This document shows, piece after piece, positions 1 through 13,535 of a stretch of 64,000 nt of DNA (within the stretch, counting starts at the first letter, position 1; each line of letters starts with the position of its first letter). Position numbers and translations under genes: made by a program. Origin of the DNA: Squalus acanthias (lineage: Eukaryota); the NCBI GenBank assembly GCA_030390025.1, contig CM059438.1:19530001-19594000 (forward strand). The letters run 5' to 3'. The notes under the pieces were generated by a model. That model saw only the letters and a list, made by a program, of their open reading frames with translations, was not told where the DNA came from and made no database searches.

Positions 1-749
1 ATGGCCTACTCCTGCTCCTATCTGCTATGTTTCTATTACTAACTGTCTAGGCCAACAATATGGACCTTATCCCTTTAAGAGGTGTGTTTGGTATAGGCTG
101 CCAGCTCAAGCCTCTTCACCACTTAAACCCCATTGTCTTTCCTGTCATGTCAATCACCTTCTGGAAAAAATAGATTAATTTTACTCAACAATGTGCAATA
201 AAAATCTACTGCAGTAATAATCTTACTGATTACTCATTTTATCCCGGATATGGCACATGTTTAAGCGACAGGTTTAGGCACTTCTTACCAAAATAAAAAA
301 AGTCAGTTCAATCTCTCTTTCTAGAAATAAAATGGCAAGGAGGCAGAAAAACTATCCAAGAACTTATTTGTTTCCAGAGTTCTAGTAAAAATCTGGAATT
401 CTGAAGCAAAAGAAAGAAAATCTGAATCTCCCGCCAAATCTAGGGATGATTTAGAATTAAAATGTTTAGGTAGTTCAAAGCTGGATGCCAACGAAAGGAA
501 CTGCCAAAAAATAATAAATTGAGGCCTTAGCAAAAAAAAACCTGTCAGGCTTTATTTTTTCATTTTGCACCAACAATTTTGATTCAAATTATTTGGTAAT
601 TTTACAACCCAAGTTTTAATTTTTAATTACTTTTCATTTTTAAGGTTTCTCCACATTCTGTACTATTTCTTGGCCAAGACACCTACTCCCAGATGCCTCC
701 GTCAATTCTGCTTTTGAGCTGGCTGGTAAAGAGATGTGTGAAAGCAGCA

Positions 750-905
750 GGGGGTAATTCGTCCTCATTCTCTAGATATATCTAGGGTTCTGGTTTGTAG
801 TGTTTATATTTTATGGGGAGTCAATGGAAATTAAAATTGGGGCCGGCGGGGGGTGTAAAATGGCAGTCGATCTGATCGCAGGGCGGGTTAGGTCAAAATT
901 ACCCA
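750..905. mobile_element. Short degenerate MITE
   Basis: Termini ggggtaatt/aattaccc and a central gtcaatggaaa motif shared with the 11906 element. Confidence 0.45.
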
Positions 906-1231
906 AGTGTCAGCATTTACTTTTCACTTGCACAATTAAAAAAGTATAAACGGAGTAAAATAAAGTGAAAACCACAACCCTATTTATCAGCCGCCCATTC
1001 TACATCCTCGAGGAGCAGGGGCTTCAAACACAGAGGGCTGTGGAGGAGTCAGGAATCCCATGGGCTGGAACTAGAATTCTATTTTTAAGTTGACTTAACT
1101 TTTATTTGCTGAATCAGCTGTTATTCTGCTCATCCCTCATATCAGAATGAAAAATCTATGACAATGTATTAATAATGCAAGAATTACATGCAATATTGGA
1201 GTTAGTCTTTTACTGTTAATGAAGAAACATT

Positions 1232-1387
1232 GGAGTATAAATTCAGTTTGAGCGGTGGTGCAAAATGGGTGACAGCAAATTGGCAGCCTGTTTCACTCTC
1301 CACCCAATTTTCATTTCCATTGGAAAGACGGGCTGCCAATTCACTATCACCCATTTACCGCTACCGTACAAGGTGAATTTATACCCT
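1232..1387. mobile_element. Short hairpin MITE
   Basis: Termini ggagtataaattca/tgaatttataccct, internal inverted aattggcagcc/ggctgccaatt, TSD ATT. Confidence 0.65.
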
Positions 1388-4289
1388 ATTTCTTTTTTAA
1401 ATGGGGGTGGGGGGAATGATTGATCACTTTAACCCAAACACTAGAAACATAAATGCATGATATAACAGGTGGTAAAGTTCGGAGTTCACATGCTGTCATT
1501 TTTTGGCTTTTGCCTGTTCTAGGCTGGCTGGCAATGCACAGCACTGGTCTGGTACAATCAGTCTGATGTGAAGGAAGTACACCTCTTAATGACTAATCTT
1601 TGAGCAGGTGGCAGGCAAGGAGAAGTTAATGGCCCAATCCTATTGCTGAGGGAGGAAGTGTAAAGAGGGTTTCAATAATAAAAAATGATGGATACCACAT
1701 TTTAGAGATTCATGTCGGCTTGAAGATCATTTTGAGACACCATTAAGGTCAAGCTGACCTGACTAACGTTATATTCAGACATCATTAGAGAGTCTGGAAC
1801 GTCTGTGGTCACACTAACCTGTACATGACTAATATTTGTGGTCATTTTAGTCATAAATAAAAATACAGTTCTGCATCTTAACCAGCATTCTCAAGTGCTT
1901 TCAGTCTGTACAACTGTAACTAGTTAAACAACATGCAATAAATTATTTTACTTTTGTAATGTAACGTTCTAACTTCTGACATCTTAATTTCTCTTGAGTA
2001 TAATTTTTTTTGTTAATAAATTTAATAAAGATTTTAGGGCAAGATACCCACAATGGAGCCATTACTATGGCTGTCCTTGTTCCACATAGCGCTGAAAAAA
2101 GCTCAGCCTCAGAATTAGGAGAGTGCAGCTTGCTGACATGTTAGAACAAAATGATGGAACTGGTAGAGTAGCAGCTTTCCTTTGTTTTTTTTTAGAAAAT
2201 ATATAAATAAAAGCACAAAAAAAACCTTCATTTCTTTTCACCCTGTGGTAAAATCAGAATAGTAATTTTACTGCAAACAAACTCATCTTAGCAGAATGAC
2301 CAATTTAAATTGGTCTTTTAAAATGAAGAGGTATAAAAAAAGTCTCCTCTCTATCTGTACAATCTGCACTCTAGATAAGCTATATACTAATGTATATTTC
2401 TACTTTTCATCAAAAAGCGCACTGTATAGCAAAAACATTCCAGAGAAGTAAACCAAGCTGAATGCAAATAATCAATGTGACTTCAGATTAAATTCACAAA
2501 GGCAGTGTGGAATGAAGTTTATCCTCACAGTGTAAAGCCTAAGGCTTCAAAACAGGTATAAGGAAAGGAGCAAAAGATGAGGTTAGATATTGTAAATCAG
2601 TGAGGTTAAAAATAATAAGCTGAATTTTCATCAAAATGTGTCAACTCCCCTGCCTGCATCTTCAAATTACTATCTGGATATTAGAGCAAGGCCCTTGTCA
2701 GAGAACATTAAAGTAGAAGAGCGCTCTGCAAGTCAATTTGCATAATTATTGCTTATAGCTATGCAACCGCAGGCAGTGCCAGGTGTAAATCACATACCTT
2801 CAGTTGTCAGTGGATTTAATAAAGACTCTTTATTCACCTCCCAACAAACTGGCTGAGAGCAAGTTGTGGTGTAGATTCCTTTGTGCTTTGGTCCTAGTCT
2901 CTTCTTGTTTTAGGCCCCATGCTCTGAGGTAAATACGTCAAACTCAGGCTCATTACTGTCAGGATTTAGTCAACAACTATATATTGGCCTGTCAAAACTG
3001 CATGTTGGGGCCACTCAGCAGTGCGCCATTTAGAAATTCCCAGACACTAGCAACGTATAAGTACAGGTATGTACATTTGCCTAAGAGAGTGCCATTTTTC
3101 CCCAATCCCCAAGGGCTAAATTTTAAGTATTTGCATAACAAAGTTAAGGTACTGCTAAAATAATTACTATCAGTACTAAGCTCAAATGGGACTGATATAC
3201 ATTTTCAGTGGAAAAAGGTGAACCAACTATCTAGAAGAGCAAACTCAGTTTAAAAGCAAAACTTTGCCTTATGGGATTAACTATATAATAGGGTGAAGTA
3301 AAACAAGAGCTGACCCGAAAGGGGTTTTACACAAAAGTCTGCGCAATGTGTAGTGCCTTGACTACTCATGTACATCAGCCTTTAATTAAAAAGGCCTTTG
3401 CGAATATAAACTCTGCTTAATGCTATGGCAGATACATGTTTTTTTGAACTCACCCAATAAATGTGACAATTTAACATTTTAATGAAAAAGCAAAAAAAAA
3501 TTTATACTTAGAAGGAAAATGCTTGGATTAAAGTTTTACTGGCTTCAGCGTTAAATTGCAAATAGAATTTCGAAGTATAAAGACACTGGTCTGATAATAC
3601 TTCGCAAAGCTCAAAGTATATGGTTTGGTCTTGGACTGGTGGCTAAAAAACGATAAATTATTTTCCCTCTTATCAAAATTTCTTATAATCTACCATGCCA
3701 TGAACTGCTCATGGCTAAATTTCCTATTCATCAAGAGCTAAATTACCACTTCTTCCAGAGGTGAAGCCGAGCTAAAAACCTGTAAGTGAGACAGTCGACA
3801 GCAGTCCTTCAGCTTCCCACTCTAATGGCCTCCAAATGACTCATCACACATTATGGAGAAAAAGGACAGAGAAACAATCTCTGTTGTTTTCACGGTGCTT
3901 TAGTGCCAGGGACCTACTGAGAACTACATTACAATCTCAGGGACTAGGATAATTATTTTAATTTTAATTATGCAGTCATTTTTTCACCAAACAATACACA
4001 CTGCTCTGGAATCTCATCCAACAAGTTAACAAAATAGTTTATACTTAATACATCTCATATGTCAGACCTGCTAGGCAATTTCTTGGTTGACACTGGATGC
4101 TTACAATTATTCTCTATCAAAACAGAATAGCTAGATTTCTGCACCAGCCTGTTCATTCTGCCAAGCTATCTGACATTTTTGAAAAGTGTATGTGGTGAAA
4201 ACATTATGCATCACAAGTATACCACAAATGGAGGACAAAGACTTTAAAGGGAGTGACAGACTCATCGCTTACAATATCTGGAAAATGTA

Positions 4290-4850
4290 GCCAAGCAATT
4301 ATGAGAGCAAGCAGAGTGCGGGGATATATAGATAGAAATTAGAGCACAAGCCTCCAGAGGTTACGCTGCTGTTTTACAAAGCACAGGTCAGCTCACAACT
4401 GCAGTACTCAAACCTGGTCCCCCATCCAGGAAACATATACAAACATCGGAGGGTCAGAGGAAGAGAATAGCAACAAGACTGATCTCAAGTGTAGAGGGAC
4501 AGAGTTATGAGGAAACATTAGAGAAACTCAAATTTGTCAGTAAAGGCAGAATATGGCTCAAGGTATATAAAATATTAAAGAGTACAGGTTAAGTAAACTG
4601 AATGTTATTTCAAATTAAGGCAGGGAAGTAGGACCAAAGAATTTAAATGAAATTAGAGAGAAATACGCTTAAAATAGATATTAGGAAACATTTTTACTTG
4701 AAGGGCGCTAACATTTTGGAATAATCTTCAAAAACATGATGCGCAAAATGTGAGTGATTGCTGTAATGGAAGAGCTAGGGTGTTATAGGGATGAGTTTTG
4801 ATGGCCGAATGGCCTATTAACATCCATGACTTTTCTTATGTTTATGTTTT
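4290..4850 (+). mobile_element. Old degenerate CR1 3' end
   Basis: Decayed RT C-terminal sequence (cagagttatgaggaa, attaggaaacattttt) and a CR1-type tail atggccgaatggcct...ttcttatgtttatg. Confidence 0.6.
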
Positions 4851-7800
4851 CCTCCATTTTAAAAAGTGTTAATTGTACAATGGCCTAGCAGCTTCTGTGG
4901 TAGAGAACTGGAGCAGATGTTTAAATCCCAGCCTCCAATGACCTATGAAATCATCTGCTCTAATTGGGCATATTATACCAGTTCATGCCACGGTTACTAG
5001 ATACAGAAACTGAACAGGAAGGAGTTCTGGAAATTCTTAAATGGTGCACCAGCATCTGAAATGTATTCAAACATTGTTAAACAAATGTAAACAATTAACT
5101 CACCCCTCCCTTCAACACAACCTGAAATGTCACCGAGGAATAATTAGTTCTACAGCTATACATTGCATCACTTTCTAATTAAAAAGTTGAGTTATGAAAT
5201 TCACATCAAAACTGAAGAACTTATTAATAACTATCATACCGAGGAGCATGTGATCGCTACATTTCATTTGGCTGAGCCTTTGGAATCTAGATTTTAACCT
5301 ACAGTTGACATCTTCAATTTCCAATAAGTACTTTTGGTGCCAGCATTGTGCCTGGAATTTTTTTTTTTTTTAATTTTTAATGTAAAACAATGACCATCAA
5401 ATTAAAATCTCTATCAAAACAACCAAACTGGTTCAATTTTTTAGATGGTGATTAGTAAAAAAAAAATTGACTTTTCTGCCCTTGTAGCTAGCAGTTCAAA
5501 AGTGATGTATGTATGAAGAATCATTGCTCATTAAGTATTACGTCATCTAATCAAGATTTGATCAGTACTTGATTTGCTGCCAAAGACAACTTAAAATTTG
5601 GAATTTTAATAATTATGCCAACAGTGAACATTAAATCAAAAATGACAAGGCAGCCAAAACAGCTTCAGGGGAAGGAGTGAAATGAGATTGAACTTCTTTG
5701 ACCAGATACCAGAACTATTAGAATCTCAATAGATTTCTCTACTATTCCCTACTTTTAATGCTCCCTGGATTTGCTCTCCAACTTTGCTGCTCAATAGCCA
5801 CACAAGTCTTTCACCAAAGGCAGCCAGTTTCCAATCTGTAGACTTCTCCCTGGCTATTACCAACACCACTTTGTAATCCAGCACGTTAACCTGCACCAAA
5901 TCTATAATGCCCCTCATCCCAGCAACCCCCCGCACCGCTTTCTCACATTAAGAGTGGCTCTCCTCCAGATTGGCATTCCATTAGCAGCCTGGAAAGAAGT
6001 ACCAGAATTCACCCAAGCAGAGAAACTGTTGGGAGTGATGGTGAACTTGTAACCTGGTTGAGAACTGAAATCATCTCCCTCTTAAGCTACTGGACAGGCT
6101 TGTTCCTCAACTTTGAACAATGTGCATTCCTATATATGCTGCTATTTATAAGAGCGAGAGAGAGAGAGAGATTTAAATATGCAGTCCATCTCCATTACAC
6201 TGATGTAAGCTGCTTGGAACACCAGCATATCTCTACCAGTTCACTCATTCAAGAGCCTTTATGGTACAGGAAAGCTGGCTGAACCATTGAGTTAATTGTC
6301 AATTCTGGTTAATTGTTCCACTTATCTGAATTGCCATACAAATGCGGGGTTCTTAGTTAAACATTTACATTATACGTTTGGTGGTATATCACATATTAAA
6401 ATATCACAAAGCTTGTAGATCTATTTGAAACGAATTTAACTTCGAATCAAAAATACGCTGAACCACAACCAGGACAGTTTCCAAGGACCCAAAAATGAGC
6501 GCATGTGAAAAACAAGAAAACAAATGAATAAAAGTTCATTTGAAGGCCAATAATGCTGTTGCACATGGATTGTTTTGCCTGACGATTGATGGGTGTGCAC
6601 TAGTTCAGAATGCCAACACCATGTTTTACAGTAATATTCAACTGGCAAATGTTCAGTGGTCAATCAGGCAGAAACAAAACTCGACAGATTCAATTAATAT
6701 CTCCAGACTACTGTTTTAGCAATTTCACAGCCTGCCGTGTTAATTCTGAAAACTTGCACAATGTCACGCACTTGTCTGTTTTTGCGAATCAAAGTGATTC
6801 GTACCTAGTTGAATAGGTTTAAGCGCTTGCAGTCTTGCAATCTACTGAACATGGCTCCTGGACTGAAGAAAAATACTTAACGTAATATCTCAGTTTAAGT
6901 CACTTTCGTTATTTTAAAGAATGGGCACAAAACATAAAAGGAGTTAGGAGATGAACGTGAACTTTAGATAAGATAGCTGATTGAGACCGTTACAATAGAA
7001 AAGGCCACCTAATCAAAAGTATTAAAAAAAAACTAATTTGGAATAATGGTCCACAAAGTATGCTTTATTTACCTTTGCACTCTAGTTGCAACTCTTCATG
7101 CAGATTTTTTTAATAAAAACACCCACAACATCTCATTCTATGTAGCAACATTTCAGTACGTATATATAAAATATATTTTAAAAATATTTCAATATAAATT
7201 TATATAATATGTAAGTATGTGTATAATATAGCAAAAGCAATCAAGTTTAATTTATTTGCAATGAAATCCTGATCATGATAAAGGATTTGATTGTCCAGGT
7301 TTCATGTTGCAGTACTCCTGAATAAGCTGGCCAAAGGCAAGCTGTATCATACAGTGCCATTGAAAATATGACTTATTTCAGCTCAGAACTATTCTTTTTA
7401 TGGTTTCTCTACCTTGGACGAATGCACATTGTGAAGTCATTTTTGGCAGAGCGACAACTGTTTACATATCTCACAAAGGTGTCTCAGAACAGTAATTGTT
7501 GAACCCAGAATTATGCTTTGGAAAAAAAGAAAAAGGTTATTGTTTGGTTGCTTTGTGCAAAGCCACTATAAATCTGTGCTTGTGATAATCTTTTTGTTTA
7601 AACTGTGCAATTTTCCAGCACGAGGTAACCGCCTATGCACTTCACTCCCTTTTCTGCTGAGTGATGCATTCCTTTTTCCTTTCTAAATGGACCGTATACA
7701 ACATGGAGAAACACAGCTGAAAACATGGCAACTAATTGAATGACTAAAAAACTTAGCGCTGGTGATTTTTTTCCAAGAGAAAAACAGCTGTAATGTGGAT

Positions 7801-8153
7801 CCAATAGCATTTATTGGTCAGTCAGGCCTTTACAATTTCTTGTAAAAAAAAACCTGCACACAAAATAAAATCCAAAATTTTCTACCAATCACAACAATCA
7901 AAAAATAAAATCAGGCATTGTGCAGACTGTATCTGTTGCAAACAAAAAATGTTTTAGATTTTATCGGGCTCTTGTATAATCAGAAGTAGTAGAGCTAACA
8001 GGTATTCTGCTGTCAGGTTTCAACTTTGAACCCTGTGCTGAATAATTATTTCATATGCTATATTGACAAAACAATTTTACTTTTGCATCAAAACTGCCAC
8101 AGATTCTCATGTTCCACATCATCTCCATGTCTGGTGATTAAATGTCAACTTAC

Positions 8154-8277
8154 CTACTACATCTAGGTGATATGTATGATTTATGGACCCGTAGGGATTT
8201 TCTATCACACATGTATAGTTCCCCTTATCGGATGGTACAGCACTTTCCATAATAAGGCTCCAGTGCTGAGGCCGAAT
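8154..8277 (-). CDS. FGFR2: FGFR2 Ig-like domain II exon (second half); not in the ORF track
   Basis: Hand translation gives [41 protein letters not shown]. Acceptor ttttccaacag, donor GTAG|gtaagt, 124 nt, in frame with the preceding exon. Confidence 0.96.
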
Positions 8278-11052
8278 CTGTTGGAAAACAGAATGAGTTG
8301 TGTTTCAGAGAGCCTTAATCACAGAGAATTTTAACCCAACAAAATGTCTGCGTTTTATTCAGACTTTAAGTAGCTGTAAACTAAATTTCAGACGTTATCA
8401 GAGTGTACTCTTGCCTCAACTTATACCGTAGCTTGGCCTCCGGGAATACATTGTTGGAGGTATTGGATGCATGGATAACACTAGAATCTAATTTTTCCAA
8501 TCGCAAGTAATTTTGAGCCCAATGGGCTATAACAGAAGATGATGCAATAGAGCAGAGTACCCATCATGTACTGGTGCTGCTGTGCTTCAGTTACTCATTA
8601 GTCCTTAGGGTCTCGTAGCATATAAACTCAATATTAGGTAATTTTTCAGTATGGTTAGAAATTATCACCCTCATCTTACTCCCCTCCTTTTGCTTTGAAC
8701 TGACTGAAATACCTACATATAGCAGAGAAGGCCAGGACTATTTTTGTTTTATCTTAGAGTTATATAAACTCTCCATTTCTCCCATACAAACTAGTTACAT
8801 ATCTCCTGTGTGTGTCTCAAGTACAATGTACACAATTTAAATTCTCACAACATTGTATCCAAAGTTGTACAATGGTCAAAATAGAAAGTGTTGATGTGTA
8901 ACGGGGGGGGCGGGGGGTTAGGCATGCTGATTATTTTGGCATGCTATTAAAATTTTGGATTGGCAATCAAAGATTACCAGCGTCAACAGCCAAGTCTTTA
9001 GCCACAAACATCAAATATTATAGAAATCTTGTGTGCATTTATTCTTATAAAAGGTCCTGCACTATGAAGATGTGACTGGGCAGAACAGTGGTCATTTCTC
9101 CATGATACTAACTGTGTCAGTACAGTACTGTGTACTGGTGCAAGCTGGGAGGGTGGCTGGAGTGCCTGATGGCTGAGCAGTGTAAACACATACACGATTT
9201 ATAAAGCAAAATAAGCACTTGCATTTCTGCTATTATGGGAATATACTTCTAACAGTTTCAAGTGCACAGATTCAGGAGCTGGTCTTGAGATGACTGTAAG
9301 TGGAATACCTTATAGTAGCAAAGCAGGTCATGCGTGTGGGTAGAAAGCACTGACAGACCAGTGCATCTATGTGTGGGCAGAATGCTTCATTGTAGAGCAG
9401 AGCATCGTGCATGTGGGTAGAATACCCCATGCTATAGCAGCACATTGTGTGTGTTCATGCACGCAAGAGGACGGAAATGTGACAAAATAGGCAGGTATCT
9501 GCGTTTTATTTCATAAAGTTTTCAAATAAACGCAGTTAAAATGGAAGCCGTCTTTTCTGACCAATTTTCAAAATGAAAGATGGGAGATGAGTTGTCAATG
9601 GGACCAGGCTAGATTGATTGATCTGGAAATTAGTAAGGATATGGAGGCTTCGTTCTAGATGCAAATTGAATTGCACAGTCAAGGCATTAATAGGCACTCA
9701 GAACTCAGATTAGCATATATTAATGAGGCTCGCACCTGAGTCAGGCAGGAGCCTCAGCCACCTAAAGAAAGGCCCAGTCAAGATAGCGGTGGGTGGAAAT
9801 TGAGCAGGAACGGGGTGGATATCTTTGCACAGTATTTTAACTGTGTGCCCAGCCATTTCCACGGGGCAGGGTGGGTTAAAATTCCTCTTCACAAGAGCAA
9901 AGTGTTGGGGAAAGGCCCAAACTGTAATGCATAGCAGTGATGTTTGCACAATAAACCACCCTCTCTCTCAAATGTGACATGTGAGCATCATGAGGAAGGG
10001 GGGAAGTGGGGCATGAATAAACTAGAAATCTATTATGATACAGCATATAAAGTATGCAGTTTTGCTCATTTCAGATATTGCGTCAGCCTCAGTGAAAGAA
10101 ATTATCAAACAATTGTTCTGAATCCTATATCAGACTTTAAGTTCAAGACCACATGGCAACATCAACAACTGTACCTTTTTTCCCTGCCATTTCGCATTTT
10201 GTTGATAAACTTTATGGTAAAAACATCAGTAGGAGGAGAAAAGGCTGAACTTTGTGTTTTCCGCACAATGTCTCATTCATAGTGTGAGGTCCATTCTGTC
10301 AGCTTCTCATTATGTGAAAACAATTTTCAAAGTGTTGAGAGATAGGGACCAAACTGCCACAACTACTCTGCGATATCCCCAGAAATGAAAGGTTCCTTTT
10401 CATCTTGAATGATTTACTACGTGTGAGTTTTAGATACCAAATTCCAATTTAGATTCAAATCCATAGGGACTTTAAGAACCAAACACCCTTCACACACAGT
10501 TTGTAAAAGAAATACTTCACACCACTGTTCTCTTCTAACAAAACAGACCAATTTTAACTTGTACAGACCAGACTAAACATCTTCTGTAGTTGTCTCACGT
10601 ATAGTAGTTTGACACCTAGTGCCCTCCTTTATGTGATTTACGACTGACTTGACACTTGCTGTTGAGTGACTGACTCCATCTTGCACACGGAACACTCGGC
10701 AGATGCTATGCCCTGTACTCCAGCAGTTTAAAACTTAATGTACTGAAATGCAAATAACCTCCATCTGCTTTTGTAAATAAAGTTTCTTATTTTGTCGTGT
10801 TTACAGTACATTGGTGACATGTGAAAATCTCAAGTGCTGTATTGTTTCCGGGAATCCATCTTAATCCAAACAATTCCGGCACACATACAAATGTGGCATA
10901 GATCATGAATTCTAATGCTAACACGTCCACATCATACAAACAGTATAGTCTGGAAACTTCACTAAAAGGTACTGGTAGTATCATAACTACAGCAAACCCC
11001 ACTTTATAAGACTCAATTATAATTAACAGTGACTCTTCATATCGTACATATT

Positions 11053-11815
11053 GGCCCAGAAATTTGGCGCTTGTCGGGTGAGTACGCGCTGTGTACTCAC
11101 CCGTAAGGCCACTTGAAGTGCCTCTTTCCTGCATGCACTGTGCATGCGCGGGAAACAGGAACTTCCCGTCTCGTGAAGGGAGGGGTTGAGAGGTGAACCA
11201 CGTGCGCGGGAGAGGCTGCACGCACGCAGCGAACTTCGTTTTTTTTTCAGGTTTCTTCGGGAAGGTAAGTATGGAAGAAGCTGCGCTTTTAAAAAGGAGG
11301 CGCAAGACCAGTTTTTAACAAGGTAAGTGGTTAATTAATTACAATTTAAATTTTTTTTCAAGAGGTTTATCTTTTTTAGATACTTTAAAGAAAGGTAAGT
11401 TTATTTTTAGCACCGTTAAAAAGTATTTTAATTTTTTCAAATATTTAAATTTTTGTTTAAAGTAGTTAATTTATTTAACTTATAGTTATTTTAAAAATGT
11501 GATTTAAAAAAAAATGTATTTGAAGTTTAAGTGTGGTTTTGGGGCCGATTTCAATTCATAGATTTGATAGGTCTTCCTGTCAAATCTATGAATGAAAATG
11601 CCCTGCTAGGATTGGCTCTCCATGGCCCACGTGATCCCAGGATACGCTTCGAACTAACTGCGCCCCTGGGACACGCAAGCACTGCCCGCCGGCAGCTGGA
11701 GGAGGCCCAGGACCCGAAGTTCTCGTGGGCCCAAAACACAACGGCAGGCGCGGTAGGTAAGTACGCGCGCGATGCTTGCACCCGCAGGAAGCCGGAAATC
11801 CGAATTTCTGGCCCC
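11053..11815. mobile_element. Non-autonomous TIR element (Harbinger-like MITE)
   Basis: TIRs ggcccagaaatttgg/ccgaatttctggcccc, TSD ATT, GC/CpG-rich ends around an AT-rich core. Confidence 0.75.
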
Positions 11816-11905
11816 ATTGTTTATTGCAGCCCTACTAACAGAAATACTATATAAAATATCACCTGTGATTCCCATAATTGAGGACTGCTAAAGTTAGAAA
11901 CACTT

Positions 11906-12090
11906 GGGGGGACAATTTTCAACTTTGGCAGGGCCTGAAAACAGGCGGTAGTGGATCGGCTGCCCGTTATAAACCCTCTGCCTAACTTTCCTTTCCATTG
12001 AAGTCAATGGGAAATTGGGCAAGGTGTATAACAGGCAGCTGTTCCACTACCGCCAGTTTTCTGCCCCTGCCAAAGTTGAAAGTGAGCTCC
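11906..12090. mobile_element. Short hairpin MITE with arms of about 65 bp
   Basis: tttcaactttggcaggg...ggcggtagtgga...gttata pairs with tataac...tccactaccgcc...ccctgccaaagttgaaa around a central palindrome ccattgaagtcaatgg. Confidence 0.7.
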
Positions 12091-12489
12091 ACTATCTTGC
12101 AGTTGAAGCGTTACTTAGAGGCCAGTTATACTTAGTTGCGTGTCGCAGGATGGTACCTGTAGCGTGTGATGTGTAGCGGTCAAATCTGCGGCTATATTTC
12201 AGCCCAGGGTGGCTATAGGAGCCTTACATTTGGCTTCAATATCCTGACACTGGGGAGGGTTAAAAACAAAAATCAGACTCAATGGGAATGATCTTCGATT
12301 TCCGCCCGAAACGGGCACAAAGTCGGCAAAGCAGCTGAGCCACCCGGCCATTCTTGCCAGTTTCAGTTAAATGCCTCAGATGGGCTGTCACACGACTGGC
12401 CTTTTTTTGTGGTAAGAGTTGGAACACTCCGATTCTCATTTGCCGTAGCCAATTTTTCAAGTGAGAAATGGGCGGCTAGCTGTAACAAG

Positions 12490-13005
12490 GGCTCCTGATT
12501 ATTCCAATGCTCTCCCATCCTCCACCCTCCATAAACTTCAGCTCATCCAAAGTTCTGCTGTCCGTATCCTATCATGTCTCGTCACACTTGCGCTTGCCAT
12601 CCTACATTGGCTCCTATTTCTCCCCCCCCCCTACCTCATATTTAATATTTTCATCCTTGTGTTCTAATCCCTCTGTGGCCTGGCCCCTCCCTACCTCTAT
12701 AACCTTCTCCAGCAATACAACTCCCATCAACTTCTCCATTCCTCAGGCCACTTGTGCAGCCTCTCTGCTTTCACCACATTAGTGGCAGCCATGCTTTCAG
12801 CCGCCTACACTCTCTGAAACATCCCCTCCAGAACTCTCCTCCTCCCTCTCCGCCTTTAAGGCCCTCCTTGAAACCCATCTCTTTGTCCAAGCTTTTGGTC
12901 ACCCCCTCCTAATTCCTCCCGCTTTGGCTTATTTTTGTTACGCTCAGTAAAGCAACTTGGGATTTTTTTCCACACTAAAGGCACTTTTTAACTGCAAGTT
13001 GTTGC
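12490..13005 (+). mobile_element. L2 LINE 3' end
   Basis: DYSNAL...KLQLIQ...LHWL motif and an L2-type tail gtaaagcaacttgggat...aaatgcaagttgttg-like sequence. Confidence 0.75.
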
Positions 13006-13365
13006 TGTACATGGGCAAAATACATTTGTCTACTTGGCAAAGAGCTGTGAGTACAAGCGTAAACCTGCACTGTCCCACTGCTTCTGCCAAGTGCAACAAC
13101 CACCGCACTGAATCCAGCCAAGTCACATACACTACAAACCTGCACCAACATACTGGTTTCCCAGATGGTTTGTGACAATGTGTAATAAGTTGCTGTAGTA
13201 ATTTTCAAGATTTTCTTTTGCCCACTGAACTGCATTGGATGCCAGGTTACAAAGATCCTTCAGGGAAATTGAAGGCTGGTACTCATTTTTCAATTTGGTG
13301 CTTGCTGTATATTTATACAGGTTGTGTTATTATAAATCAAGAGAAATGGAGAAATAAGCCCTTAC

Positions 13366-13535
13366 CTTATATGAACCCATTCGATATTCTGGTTTGAACT
13401 CACGGCCATTTTTTAACCATTGCATGGTTGGCTTCGGGTTCCCTGCTGCTGGACAGCGGAACTTTACAGTGTTGGCTGCTGGCACAGCATGCAACTTCTT
13501 TTCCATCTTATTAGGTTGAGTCCAGTATGGGGGAC
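13366..13535 (-). CDS. FGFR2: FGFR2 Ig-like domain II exon (first half)
   Basis: [57 protein letters not shown]. Acceptor gaaacag, donor AAG|gtaagg, 170 nt. Confidence 0.96.

Noticed and set aside
1-8153. Next FGFR2 exon (IgIIIa, ERSPHRPILQAGLPAN)
   Set aside because: No matching sequence found by eye. It probably lies beyond the window start.
10787-11875. 172-aa and overlapping GC-rich ORFs
   Set aside because: They cross the MITE boundary, resemble no protein I recognise, and are explained by GC-rich TIR-element sequence.
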